Part shown: positions 1 to 9,617 of the stretch, piece after piece
Layout: each line of letters begins with the position of its first letter
Numbering within the stretch: the stretch's first letter is position 1
Source of the DNA: Thermodesulfobacteriota bacterium
GTDB taxonomy: Bacteria > Desulfobacterota_D > UBA1144 > Nemesobacterales > Mycalebacteriaceae
Assembly: GCA_965198945.1 (NCBI GenBank)
Contig: CBDAQI010000012.1
Span: 83,964-147,963 of the forward strand
Reading direction: 5' to 3'
Length of the DNA stretch: 64,000 bases
Notes under the pieces: model-generated
Seen by the model: the letters and a program-made list of their open reading frames with translations, nothing else
Databases searched by the model: none
What the model was told of the DNA's origin: nothing
Program-made: the position numbers and the translations under genes

Positions 1-633
1 CACAAAGAGGCTCCCGGAGGGGAGATGTTGAAATGGGTTGAGACTGAGTCCCCGGCCACGGGTGTTCTGGTTTATGAGATTTTCAGAGAATTCGCATCGC
101 CTTTTTCACGCGACAGCGCAACATGCATTTTCGCCGCGATTGCCGGTGACACGGGTTCTTTCAGATTTAATGCGACGGCACAGTCTTTTGCCATAGCGTC
201 CGAAATGGTTTCATCCGGAGCCGACCCGCAGAAAATTTCAAGCGAGATTTATGAGAATAATTCCGTCCGCAAACTGAAGCTGCTGTCCCGGGTTCTTGAA
301 ACTCTGAAAACAGACAAGACCGGGAAAATAGCGTGGGTTCGCATTGACGCGGATATGTTTGAATCAACCGGAACATCAGCGGAAGACAGCGAGGGAATGG
401 TTGACATTCCAATGAGTCTGGCAGGGGTGGAAGTGGCGATGCTTTTCAGGCGGCAGTCCACTGAAGCAAAATCTTTCTGGAAGGCGAGCATAAGGTCGCG
501 CGGGGATATTGACGTATGCGCGGTGGCAAACACTTTTGGCGGGGGAGGCCATAAAAATGCTTCGGGTTTCACATTTGAGAGTGATTTTGACGGGACGATT
601 GAGAAAATAGTGGACAGAATAAAGCGGGCATGA
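1..633 (+). CDS. nrnA: DHH/DHHA1 family phosphoesterase (NrnA-like), 5' end cut by window edge
   Basis: Frame is open from base 1. Motifs GDTGSFRF, SIRS and GGGGHKNASG; located directly upstream of truB. Confidence 0.85.
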   Translation, partial: HKEAPGGEMLKWVETESPATGVLVYEIFREFASPFSRDSATCIFAAIAGDTGSFRFNATAQSFAIASEMVSSGADPQKISSEIYENNSVRKLKLLSRVLETLKTDKTGKIAWVRIDADMFESTGTSAEDSEGMVDIPMSLAGVEVAMLFRRQSTEAKSFWKASIRSRGDIDVCAVANTFGGGGHKNASGFTFESDFDGTIEKIVDRIKRA

Positions 634-1544
634 ACGGAATAGTGGTAATTGACAAACCGGATGGCATAACCTCAAGCGGGGTTGTGAACAGAGTCAAAGG
701 GATTCTCAAAATACGAAAAGCCGGACACACCGGAACCCTTGATAAGTTTGCCACCGGGGTTCTTCCCGTCTGCCTTGGAGAAGCCACCAAGGCTATTCCC
801 TATCTTGACGAGTCTTTCAAAGAGTATGAGGCTACAATGAAAATGGGCGAGGCCACAGACACTTTTGACCTTTCCGGCAAGATCACCCGCACTGGCGGCA
901 TTGGAAAAGTTTCCCGGAATGATATAATCTCGTGTTTCAGAGAAAACACCGGAACTTTTTTGCAGGTTCCGCCCATGTTTTCCGCCGTCAAGAAAAACGG
1001 GGTAAGGCTTTCAAAGATTGCCCGACTTGGCAGGGAGGTTGAAAGGAGCGCCAGAAGGATAACGGTTGAGAGGCTTGACTTGCTTGCATTTGCGCCGCCG
1101 CTGGCGGATTTTTTTGTTAAATGTTCGCGCGGCACATATGTCAGAGCTCTGGCGTCCGAAATGGGGGAAAGTCTCGGCTGTATGGCTCATCTGGTGCGGC
1201 TCCGGCGTGTCAGCAGCGGAGCGTTTTCCATGGAACAGTCATCCACTCTTGAAGATTTGGAGTCCGGGGATTACAAGTTGATAAGTGTTGAAGAAGCCCT
1301 TTCTCATATCAAATCGGTTTGTATCAGCCGGCGGGCCGCGCATGTTGCGTGTAACGGCGGGAAGTTATTGGGAAAGCATTTTAAGGGTTGCGGAGTTTCG
1401 GATTTGCAACAGGGTGAAACGGTCAGGCTGACATATTCGGGCAAGGCGGTTTCAATGGCAAAGTGTCTGGCTGACGGCGGCTCATTTGAAACTTTAAAAG
1501 AGGAACCGGTTTTCAAACAGACCAGGGTGTTCGGTTCTCACTAA
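630..1544 (+). CDS. truB: tRNA pseudouridine(55) synthase
   Basis: Motifs IDKPDG, GHTGTLD, QVPPMFSAVK and CSRGTYVR; 4-nt overlap with the upstream gene. Confidence 0.96.
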   Translation: MNGIVVIDKPDGITSSGVVNRVKGILKIRKAGHTGTLDKFATGVLPVCLGEATKAIPYLDESFKEYEATMKMGEATDTFDLSGKITRTGGIGKVSRNDIISCFRENTGTFLQVPPMFSAVKKNGVRLSKIARLGREVERSARRITVERLDLLAFAPPLADFFVKCSRGTYVRALASEMGESLGCMAHLVRLRRVSSGAFSMEQSSTLEDLESGDYKLISVEEALSHIKSVCISRRAAHVACNGGKLLGKHFKGCGVSDLQQGETVRLTYSGKAVSMAKCLADGGSFETLKEEPVFKQTRVFGSH

Positions 1545-1564
1545 AAAAATCGGAGGATAATGAT

Positions 1565-1834
1565 TTGCCTTTAGACAAAGATGAAAAACGCAAAGTTATA
1601 GAGGAATTTGCGGAGAAGCCCGGAGATGTGGGCTCTTCAGCTGTGCAGGTTGGCATACTTTCCAGACGCATAGAGCAGATATCCGCTCACACGGCCGTTA
1701 TGAAAAAGGATTTTCATTCGCGCAGAGGTCTTGTCAGGCTTGTGGCGAAAAGAAGAAAACTTTTGAATTACATGAAGGGGACGAACCCGCGCAAATACGC
1801 CGAACTGATTAAGAAGCTCGGCCTCAGACATTAA
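1565..1834 (+). CDS. rpsO: 30S ribosomal protein S15 (TTG start)
   Basis: 89 aa with DVGSSAVQV, KDFHSRRGL and LIKKLGLR; GGAGG upstream; truB-rpsO-pnp gene order. Confidence 0.96.
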   Translation: MPLDKDEKRKVIEEFAEKPGDVGSSAVQVGILSRRIEQISAHTAVMKKDFHSRRGLVRLVAKRRKLLNYMKGTNPRKYAELIKKLGLRH

Positions 1835-1850
1835 AATTTATCGGGGGATA

Positions 1851-3959
1851 TTGAATTTGTCACAAAAAACAGTTGAGAAGACCCTTTTCGGGTCAAAGTA
1901 TAAAATAGAAACCGGAAAGGTTGCCAGACAGGCGGGCGGCGCTGTTCTTATGAGCTGCGCGGACACGGTTGTTCTTGCGACGGTCGTGGCGTCGGATGAA
2001 AAAATCAAGGAAGACTTTCTTCCGCTTACGGTTAACTATCAGGAAAAAACATATGCCGCGGGGAAAATTCCGGGAGGTTTTTTCAGAAGGGAGGGAAGGC
2101 CCAGTGAACATGAGATTCTGACTTCAAGACTCATAGACCGCACAATCAGGCCGCTCATAACAAAAAAGTTCACTTATTCCACTCAAGTAATGGTTACCGT
2201 TCTTTCGGCTGACATGAAATCAGACCCCGGTGTGCTTTCCATAACGGCGGCTTCGGCGGCCCTTGCTCTTTCCGATGTGCCGTTTGACGGCCCGGTTGCC
2301 GGAGTGAAAATCGGAAAAATAGGCGGACAGCTGGTCTGTAATCCCGGATATGAAGATCTTGAGTCAAGCGACATGGATATAGTGGTTGCGGGGACGAAAG
2401 ACGCGGTTGTGATGGTGGAAGGCGGAGCGAAGCAGGTTTCCGAACCGGACATGATTGAAGCGCTTATGTTTGCCCATGATCGCATAAAAGAGCTTATTGA
2501 AATACAGGATGAACTCGCCTCCGGCATAGCTCCGGCAAAACGCATTCCTAAAGAATGGGATGTTTCTCAAAAACAGGAGATCTCCGCCGCGGTAAGAGCG
2601 TTTGCTTCCGCGCCGCTTGAGAATTCGATCGTCAAACCCTCCAAGGAGATGCGTCGGGAAGAAATATCAAAACTGCGCGCTCAGACTTTTGAAGAAGTGG
2701 GTCGGAATTTTCCCGAAAGCGAGTCCGCCATATCGGACGCTTTTGAAAGTTTGACCAAAGAAGTTGTGCGTTCTCTGATTGTGAACAAAGGCGTGCGTCC
2801 CGACTCGCGCGATTACAAAACAATCCGTGACATAGATTCCGAGGTCGGCATTCTTCCCCGCTCCCATGGTTCAGCGCTTTTTACGCGCGGCGAAACACAG
2901 GCCCTTGTCGCCACCACTCTCGGAACTTCCTATTACGAGCAGAGAATAGACTCTCTTGAGGGCGATTTGAAAAAGAGTTTTATGCTTCACTATAACTTTC
3001 CCCCTTATTCCGTGGGTGAGACAAGCAACCGCCTCGCTCCGGGCAGGAGGGAGATAGGGCACGGCGCTCTTGCCGAAAGGGCGGTGAAGCCGCTCCTGCC
3101 GTCAAAAGAGGATTTTCCCTACACAATCAGGGTTGTTTCTGAAATTCTGGAGTCAAACGGTTCGTCCTCCATGGCTACGGTTTGCGGCGCTTCAATGTCT
3201 CTTATGGACGCCGGTGTCCCGCTTCGTGCCGCGGTGGGCGGAATTGCTATGGGTCTCATCAAGGAAGGGGACAAACTTGTGGTTCTGTCCGATATTCTCG
3301 GAGATGAAGACCACTTGGGCGATATGGATTTCAAGGTTGCCGGCACGGAAAACGGAATTACCGCACTGCAGATGGACATTAAAATAGACGGCGTTACAAA
3401 GGAAATTTTATCTGACGCCCTTAATCAGGCAAAAACCGCGCGTCTTCATGTTCTGGCTGAAATGGGCAAAACAATCGCCGCTCCGGAAAACGATATTTCC
3501 GCACATGCTCTGCGCATAATGTCAATGAAAATTCATCCCGACAAGATACGTGATGTGATCGGTTCGGGCGGCAAGGTTATAAACAAACTTATTGAGGAAA
3601 CCGGCGCCCAGATAGACATTCAGGATGACGGCAAAGTGCTCATTTCCTCTCCGGATAAAGAGTCGTGTGAAAATGCGATGAAAAAGATAGGCAAAATTGT
3701 AGAGGAAATAGAACCGGGCAAGATATATTTCGGTAAGGTCAAAAGGCTTCTTGATTTCGGGGCAATTGTGGAAATGGATAACGGAAGGGACGGGCTTGTT
3801 CACATTTCAGAACTGGAAGAGGGCAGGGTTGAGAAGGTTGCCGATGTGGTGAATGAGGGTGATGAACTTCTGGTCAAATGTATTTCAAAGGAGAGAGACG
3901 GCAAGATAAGGCTCAGCCGCAGGGAAGCTCTCGGGGAAAACATAGAGGACTACAGATAA
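1851..3959 (+). CDS. pnp: Polyribonucleotide nucleotidyltransferase
   Basis: Motifs AAGKIPGGFFRREGRP, RREIGHG, SNGSSSMA and GDMDFKVAG, followed by KH and S1 domains. Confidence 0.98.
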   Translation: MNLSQKTVEKTLFGSKYKIETGKVARQAGGAVLMSCADTVVLATVVASDEKIKEDFLPLTVNYQEKTYAAGKIPGGFFRREGRPSEHEILTSRLIDRTIRPLITKKFTYSTQVMVTVLSADMKSDPGVLSITAASAALALSDVPFDGPVAGVKIGKIGGQLVCNPGYEDLESSDMDIVVAGTKDAVVMVEGGAKQVSEPDMIEALMFAHDRIKELIEIQDELASGIAPAKRIPKEWDVSQKQEISAAVRAFASAPLENSIVKPSKEMRREEISKLRAQTFEEVGRNFPESESAISDAFESLTKEVVRSLIVNKGVRPDSRDYKTIRDIDSEVGILPRSHGSALFTRGETQALVATTLGTSYYEQRIDSLEGDLKKSFMLHYNFPPYSVGETSNRLAPGRREIGHGALAERAVKPLLPSKEDFPYTIRVVSEILESNGSSSMATVCGASMSLMDAGVPLRAAVGGIAMGLIKEGDKLVVLSDILGDEDHLGDMDFKVAGTENGITALQMDIKIDGVTKEILSDALNQAKTARLHVLAEMGKTIAAPENDISAHALRIMSMKIHPDKIRDVIGSGGKVINKLIEETGAQIDIQDDGKVLISSPDKESCENAMKKIGKIVEEIEPGKIYFGKVKRLLDFGAIVEMDNGRDGLVHISELEEGRVEKVADVVNEGDELLVKCISKERDGKIRLSRREALGENIEDYR

Positions 3960-4885
3960 AAGCCGGGGTCGGGCAAAAACGTATTGTCGCAGTTGTCGGG
4001 CCCACAGCATCGGGGAAAACCGATTTCGGATTGCGTCTCGCCTCCGAAGTGTCCGGGGCCGTGGTGGGCGCGGACTCTCTTCAGGTTTATAAATATTTTG
4101 ACATAGGAAGCGCCAAACCGCCCGCCGAACAGATGGGTGCGATCTCCCATTTTATGACTGACATAGTCGAGCCGGGTGAGGATTTTAACGCGGGCATATA
4201 CAAGGCCCGTGCGGAACCCATAATTGAAAAACTGTTTTTGGAAAAAACACCTCCGATTGTAGTAGGCGGCACTTTTCTTTATGTTCGCGCTCTGCTTGAG
4301 GGGCTTATTGAAAGCCCGTCCGACCCTGAGGTCAGAAAAAGTATTGAAGGCGAGGAGAGAAAATACGGAACCCGCTGGCTTTACGAAAAATTGGAAGACA
4401 TGGACGCGGCTTCGGCCTCAGAAATTCACCCCAATGATTCCGTGCGCATAAGGCGGGCGCTTGAAATCTGCCATTTGTCTGGCTCGCCGGCTTCCGAGGT
4501 AAGGCGCGCTCACGGTTTTTCCGGCTGCGGATTTGACTGCCTGAAAATCGGCATTGCCACGGAAAGGGACGCGCTTGTTGAGAGGATAAACGTCAGAACA
4601 CGGGAGATGTTTGAGGAGGGTATTGTGGAGGAGACTGAAAAAATCCGTGATATGGGGTATTCAAGCGATATTAAGCCGATGAAGGCCATAGGTTATCGTC
4701 AGGCGAATCTTTTCATTGACGGAGAGATCACCGGGCCCGAAGCGGTTGAGACAGCCGCCAGAGACACAAGACGCCTTGCCAAAAGGCAGATGACATGGCT
4801 GAGAAAAGAAAAAGACATACAATGGTTTCCGGCTGAAGGTCTTAGCGAAGCGGTTGATCAGTGCCGAAGGTTTTTTGGACTATAG
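3956..4885 (+). CDS. miaA: tRNA dimethylallyltransferase (start uncertain; ORF track starts at 3878)
   Basis: Motifs GPTASGKT, DSLQVY, DIGSAKP, VGGTFLY and AKRQMTW. Confidence 0.93.
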   Translation: MKAGVGQKRIVAVVGPTASGKTDFGLRLASEVSGAVVGADSLQVYKYFDIGSAKPPAEQMGAISHFMTDIVEPGEDFNAGIYKARAEPIIEKLFLEKTPPIVVGGTFLYVRALLEGLIESPSDPEVRKSIEGEERKYGTRWLYEKLEDMDAASASEIHPNDSVRIRRALEICHLSGSPASEVRRAHGFSGCGFDCLKIGIATERDALVERINVRTREMFEEGIVEETEKIRDMGYSSDIKPMKAIGYRQANLFIDGEITGPEAVETAARDTRRLAKRQMTWLRKEKDIQWFPAEGLSEAVDQCRRFFGL

Positions 4886-4943
4886 GCGTGTTTTATCCAC
4901 AGATGTGCCGGATTGCCGTCGGTGTCGATTTTCCGGATTACCG

Positions 4944-5306
4944 CTACTTTGTGTTTCTGCGAACAAATAGTGTTGCAAACACCACTCCGGTAATGACGGC
5001 CGCAAGCGGAAGCAGCCAGGCGACCAGGCTGAATCCCTTCATCGGCGGTTCTGCGAGTATTGTGTCTCCGTATTTGCTCTGAAACCATAGAATTATTTCC
5101 TCGTCCGACTCTCCGTTCCGAATTTTCTTTTTAATTATTTTCCGCATATCCCGCGCGAGGTCGGAGTTTGATTCGGCGACGCTCTGCCCGGCGCAGACCG
5201 GACACATCAGCTGTCTTGCAATCGCGTCTGTGCGTTCCGTTACCGTTTCAGCAAACGCTGGAGTGGCAAGGAGTAGAAAGACTGAAAGAATTGTGAGAAT
5301 TTTCAT
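4944..5306 (-). CDS. ccmH: Cytochrome c biogenesis protein, CcmH/NrfF (CcmL) family
   Basis: Signal peptide, LMCPVCAGQSVAESNS motif, YGDTIL and a C-terminal transmembrane helix. Confidence 0.88.
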   Translation of the reverse strand: MKILTILSVFLLLATPAFAETVTERTDAIARQLMCPVCAGQSVAESNSDLARDMRKIIKKKIRNGESDEEIILWFQSKYGDTILAEPPMKGFSLVAWLLPLAAVITGVVFATLFVRRNTK

Positions 5307-5369
5307 TTAGTTATTTATAAGTTCACAGTTTAACGGGGAGTCCTGATGTTTTCTCCGTTTTATCCGGGG

Positions 5370-7289
5370 TCAAAGCCATTTTTCTTTCCACATCTGAAAC
5401 ACGAGAAGGTTCCATATTCTTTTACCGTCAAACGAGTGCTTATAAAACTTATCCATCCACTCGGATACCGTTGCGGGGTTGAAAATGTTCTCCCGTTTCA
5501 GAGACTCTTCGCTCAGATAATCTTGAACAAGCGGAAGCAGTTTTCCTCTCATCCATGAGTCTATGGGTGAGCCGAAACCCATTTTTTTTCTGTCAAACAA
5601 CTCTCTGGGCAGATGTTTTTCCAGAACCTTTTTCAGAATGTATTTTGACTCCCCGTTTCTGTATTTATATTCGGAGGGAATTCTTGCGGTAAATTCCATA
5701 AGCCGGTGGTCAAGAAGCGGTTCCCTTGATTCAAGCCCCACGCTCATTGTTGCCCGGTCAACCTTTGTCAAAATGTCATCGGGAAGCCAAACTGCAAAGT
5801 CGGCGGCAAGCATCTGGCTCATCAGGTCTCTTTTTTCAACCTCTTCAAACTGTTCGGAAAAAGTATTGTCGTTAAATTTCCCCGTATGGTTCAATATTCC
5901 GTCAATTTCTTCATCCAGCCATGTTCCGATTGAATATTTGAACATCCCCGCCATGTCGCCTTTGTTCATAAGGAGAAATGCTCCGCGCCTCTTGACATAT
6001 CCGCGCCTGAGCCGCTTTATGCGGTCAACTCCCGTCATGTTTACGGCTCTCTCAAACCGTTCAGCGTTGAGGGCGTTTAGTCCGGCACATATCAAATTGC
6101 GTAAGAGACCGGGGATTCTTAAAGATTTGTCCGCAATCTTCAGATAGGAAGTGTAGTGGTTGTATCCGCAGAAAAGTTCATCTCCCCCGTCTGCGGAAAG
6201 CGCCACCTTCACATCACGGCGTGCTATCTGCGAAACAAGAAGAGTAGGTATTGTGGAATTGTCCGCGAAGGGTTCATCATAGATATCAGGAAGCTGCGGA
6301 ACTATTTCCAGCGCTTCGTCTTCAGATATGTAATGCTCGGTATGGTCGGTTCCGAGGTGTTCGGCGATTTTTTTTGCATGATGGGCTTCATTGTGTTTTG
6401 TGCTGTCAAACCCGATTGTAAAGGTTTTAATCGGCTCCGAGACATTTCTCTGCAAAAGCGCGGCGACTATGCTTGAATCTATTCCGCCTGAGAGGAAAAG
6501 ACCCACCGGCACATCGGAAACAAGCCGATATTTGAAAGAATCAACAAGTATTCTCTCAAGTTCTTCGGTTATTTCCTCTTCGGAACCGGAATGAGGAGTC
6601 ATATTGTAATAGTCGGCTATATTCCAATATCTGTGTTTTTTAATCTCTCCGTTTTTGACGCTCATCCAGTGTCCGGGTTCAAGCTTGAATGTATCTTGAA
6701 GAATTGTGCCGGGGCTTTTTATGTAATCATATCTCAGGAAAAGGGCCAGTCCGTCGCTGTCTATCCGTTTGGGAAATGCCGGGTGTTTCATTATTGATTT
6801 CAACTCCGATGCGAACAGAAAAAGCCCGTTTTTGCGGTAGTAATAAAGAGGTTTTACTCCGGCTCTGTCCCGCGCGAGAAAGAGTGTTTTTTTCCGTGCA
6901 TCCCAGATTGCAAGAGCAAACATTCCTATAAATTTGTGGAGGCACTGCATTCCCCACTGTTCGTAGGATTTGACGACAACCTCGGTGTCAGAATCGCTCA
7001 TCAATGAGTGTCCTTTGCCTTCCAGTTCTTTTCTGATTTCGCGGTAGTTATAGATTTCACCGTTATAGCTCACCGTTATGGTTCCGTCAGAGTTTGACAT
7101 CGGTTGCTTTCCTCTCTCTGACAGGTCTATGATGGAGAGCCGTGTGTGTCCGAGACCCACATTGCTTTGCGCGTCCACGAAAAAGCCCGAATCGTCCGGC
7201 CCTCTGTGGATTAGAGCCTCCGTCATTTCTGAAAGGACGGACTGCTCAATCCTTTTCCCGGTGCTGTAAATGCCTGCTATGCCGCACAT
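5370..7289 (-). CDS. asnB: Asparagine synthase (glutamine-hydrolysing) family amidotransferase
   Basis: N-terminal MCGIAG; motifs HRGPD, RLSIIDL, LSGGIDSS and KVDRATM. Confidence 0.93.
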   Translation of the reverse strand: MCGIAGIYSTGKRIEQSVLSEMTEALIHRGPDDSGFFVDAQSNVGLGHTRLSIIDLSERGKQPMSNSDGTITVSYNGEIYNYREIRKELEGKGHSLMSDSDTEVVVKSYEQWGMQCLHKFIGMFALAIWDARKKTLFLARDRAGVKPLYYYRKNGLFLFASELKSIMKHPAFPKRIDSDGLALFLRYDYIKSPGTILQDTFKLEPGHWMSVKNGEIKKHRYWNIADYYNMTPHSGSEEEITEELERILVDSFKYRLVSDVPVGLFLSGGIDSSIVAALLQRNVSEPIKTFTIGFDSTKHNEAHHAKKIAEHLGTDHTEHYISEDEALEIVPQLPDIYDEPFADNSTIPTLLVSQIARRDVKVALSADGGDELFCGYNHYTSYLKIADKSLRIPGLLRNLICAGLNALNAERFERAVNMTGVDRIKRLRRGYVKRRGAFLLMNKGDMAGMFKYSIGTWLDEEIDGILNHTGKFNDNTFSEQFEEVEKRDLMSQMLAADFAVWLPDDILTKVDRATMSVGLESREPLLDHRLMEFTARIPSEYKYRNGESKYILKKVLEKHLPRELFDRKKMGFGSPIDSWMRGKLLPLVQDYLSEESLKRENIFNPATVSEWMDKFYKHSFDGKRIWNLLVFQMWKEKWL

Positions 7290-7389
7290 TGTTTATTTTG
7301 GAAAACAAAAATTGGAGTATTTAATATATAATACACAAAAGGGTTTCCGGTTTATATGCTCTTTTGTCTTTGTTCCGAATATTGACGTA

Positions 7390-8700
7390 ATGCGAGAACA
7401 CCAGGACGAAACAAAAAGTCTGAAAAAAGACGCTCTGACGCTTTTTGCCGGAGGCATGGGCGGGGCGGTTTTTACCGCCATAGAACTTGTTCTTATCGCA
7501 CGTTTTCTCGGTCTGGAACAGTTTGGTGTGTTCACTCTTGTTTTGTCTTACGTGACCCTTGTTAATACCTTTATTGATTTCAGAATAAGGGAGGCCTCAG
7601 TCAAATATGTCTCGGAGTATTTTGAAAAGGGAGATAGAGAATCCGTGCTTTCATTTATCAAATTTTTCTATTTGATAGATTTTCTCGGTGGAATTCTGTC
7701 GTTTGCAGTCTGCATTGCTCTTGCGGGAATTGCAAATGAATTTTTTATTAAATCTGAAAATAGTTTTCAGTATGTTTTCATACTGTCTTTAAGTCTTTTT
7801 GTTCTTACCGTCAACCAGAATTCCAACTCCATACTTCAGGCTTTGAAGAAATTCAGAGAATCCGCTTTTCTTAAAGTCATGGACTCTTTTGTCAGGCTTG
7901 TGCTGATTGTGTTTTGTTTCGTTCTGGGATTTGGCTTGAAGGGCTTTTTTGTCGCCTATGTTGTTGCGGCGGTTATAAATTTTGCCATCCTGCAATTTTA
8001 TGTAAATAAAATTTTGAAACTTGAGAGGATGAATGGTTGGTTGTCATCCAGTATCATGAGAATCAGAGGGAAGATGCGCGAAGTGCTCTGGTTTGTTATG
8101 AACATCAATGCGACCGGTTTTGTTTCTTTTTCATTCTCCATACATGTTCCTATTCTTCTTCTTGGTTATTTTTGGGGCAGTGAGGCATCGGGACTTTACA
8201 AAGTTGCAAGAGGAGTGGTTTCCGCGGCAAACAAGATAACGGGACCCGTTTATTCCGTGCTCTATCCCGCTCTTGTGCGTCTTGAGACAAGAAAATCCTA
8301 CGAGGAATTTGGGCGTCTCATAATCTATTCAGTCAGGGAAATAATGAAGTTTTTATTGCCTGTTTGTATTTTTCTTTTTGTATTTGCATATGAATTTATA
8401 GAAATTGTTTTCGGTAGCGAGTTCACTCAAGCAGCTGGCGCGATGATGGTTTTTGCGGGTGCCGCGGCTTTCGGTAATGTCTGCAAATGGTCGGATTATG
8501 CACTGTTGGCCTTTGGAATGCCGGGAGTCAAAACTGTTCTTTCAATTTTATTTGCATGCATATCATTGTCATCCATGTTTATTCTTGTGCCTGATTATTC
8601 ATATCTCGGAGCGGCATGGGCGGCTTTTATAACTGAGTTTTTGACTATTTTTGTGGGTGTTTTTGTGTTTGTGCATATTCGCGCAATGGAGAGAAGATAA
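7390..8700 (+). CDS. Wzx-like oligosaccharide flippase
   Basis: Polytopic membrane protein with ARFLGLEQFGVF, GLYKVA and YSYLGAAWA, typical of polysaccharide exporters; adjacent to glycosyltransferases. Confidence 0.8.
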   Translation: MREHQDETKSLKKDALTLFAGGMGGAVFTAIELVLIARFLGLEQFGVFTLVLSYVTLVNTFIDFRIREASVKYVSEYFEKGDRESVLSFIKFFYLIDFLGGILSFAVCIALAGIANEFFIKSENSFQYVFILSLSLFVLTVNQNSNSILQALKKFRESAFLKVMDSFVRLVLIVFCFVLGFGLKGFFVAYVVAAVINFAILQFYVNKILKLERMNGWLSSSIMRIRGKMREVLWFVMNINATGFVSFSFSIHVPILLLGYFWGSEASGLYKVARGVVSAANKITGPVYSVLYPALVRLETRKSYEEFGRLIIYSVREIMKFLLPVCIFLFVFAYEFIEIVFGSEFTQAAGAMMVFAGAAAFGNVCKWSDYALLAFGMPGVKTVLSILFACISLSSMFILVPDYSYLGAAWAAFITEFLTIFVGVFVFVHIRAMERR

Positions 8701-9608
8701 TGACAAATAATAATTTGCCTTTGGTGAGTGTTATCATTCTTTCGTACAACAGAAAGAATTGGTTGAGGCAGAGTTTGGATTCAATATTAGGTCAGGATTA
8801 CCCAAATATTGAAATAATTGCTTGTGATGATGCTTCCACAGACGGAAGCCAGGATGTTTTGCGTGAGTATAAAGAGAAAAATTCCCACAGAAGGTTTGTT
8901 CTGTCTCTTTCACCTCAAAACGATGGAATCACGGCAAATCAAAACAAAGGACTTTCTCTTTATCAGGGCAAATATGTTGTTTTCTCTGCGGATGATGACA
9001 TTATGCTTCCGAGTAAAATTTCCAAGCAAGTTCAATTTATGGAGAATGACCCCGACTGTTCAATTTGTTACCACAATATGGAAGTTTTTTATGATAACAC
9101 AAATAAAATTTTGAAGTTTTTCAACAATAAAAAAAACAGCCACGAAGGCGGCGTGGAACTTGCTATAAAATACGGGATGTTTTGCGGAGCTCCTTCATGC
9201 ATGTTCAGGGCTGAAAAAATTCCCGACGATGGCTGCAATCCCATAATTACCAATGCGTCTGATTGGCTTCTTGTGATAGAAGTTTTAATAGGGGGAGGCA
9301 GTATACGCTACATTGACGAAATTCTTGTGAGATACAGGAGACACATTAACGCCGATTCCATGAAAACCTATGACATGAATCCCGGCGATTTGGATACCCT
9401 GAATATATGTAACATTTTAATTACAAAATATCCTCATCTTTTCAATGAGGCAATTTATGCATATTCAAGATCCCTTGAAAAACTCAGAAATAAAAAAGGA
9501 ATTAATTATATGTCCGCTCTAATATCCAGCCTGCGACTGAGATTCAGGCTGAGTGCATTTGTTAGATTGCTTGCCTGTCTTTTTTCATTTGGCAGATTTA
9601 AATCTTAA
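8700..9608 (+). CDS. Glycosyltransferase family 2
   Basis: Motifs PLVSVIILSYN, DDASTDGS and ADD. Confidence 0.9.
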   Translation: MTNNNLPLVSVIILSYNRKNWLRQSLDSILGQDYPNIEIIACDDASTDGSQDVLREYKEKNSHRRFVLSLSPQNDGITANQNKGLSLYQGKYVVFSADDDIMLPSKISKQVQFMENDPDCSICYHNMEVFYDNTNKILKFFNNKKNSHEGGVELAIKYGMFCGAPSCMFRAEKIPDDGCNPIITNASDWLLVIEVLIGGGSIRYIDEILVRYRRHINADSMKTYDMNPGDLDTLNICNILITKYPHLFNEAIYAYSRSLEKLRNKKGINYMSALISSLRLRFRLSAFVRLLACLFSFGRFKS

Positions 9609-9617
9609 AAGACTTTT

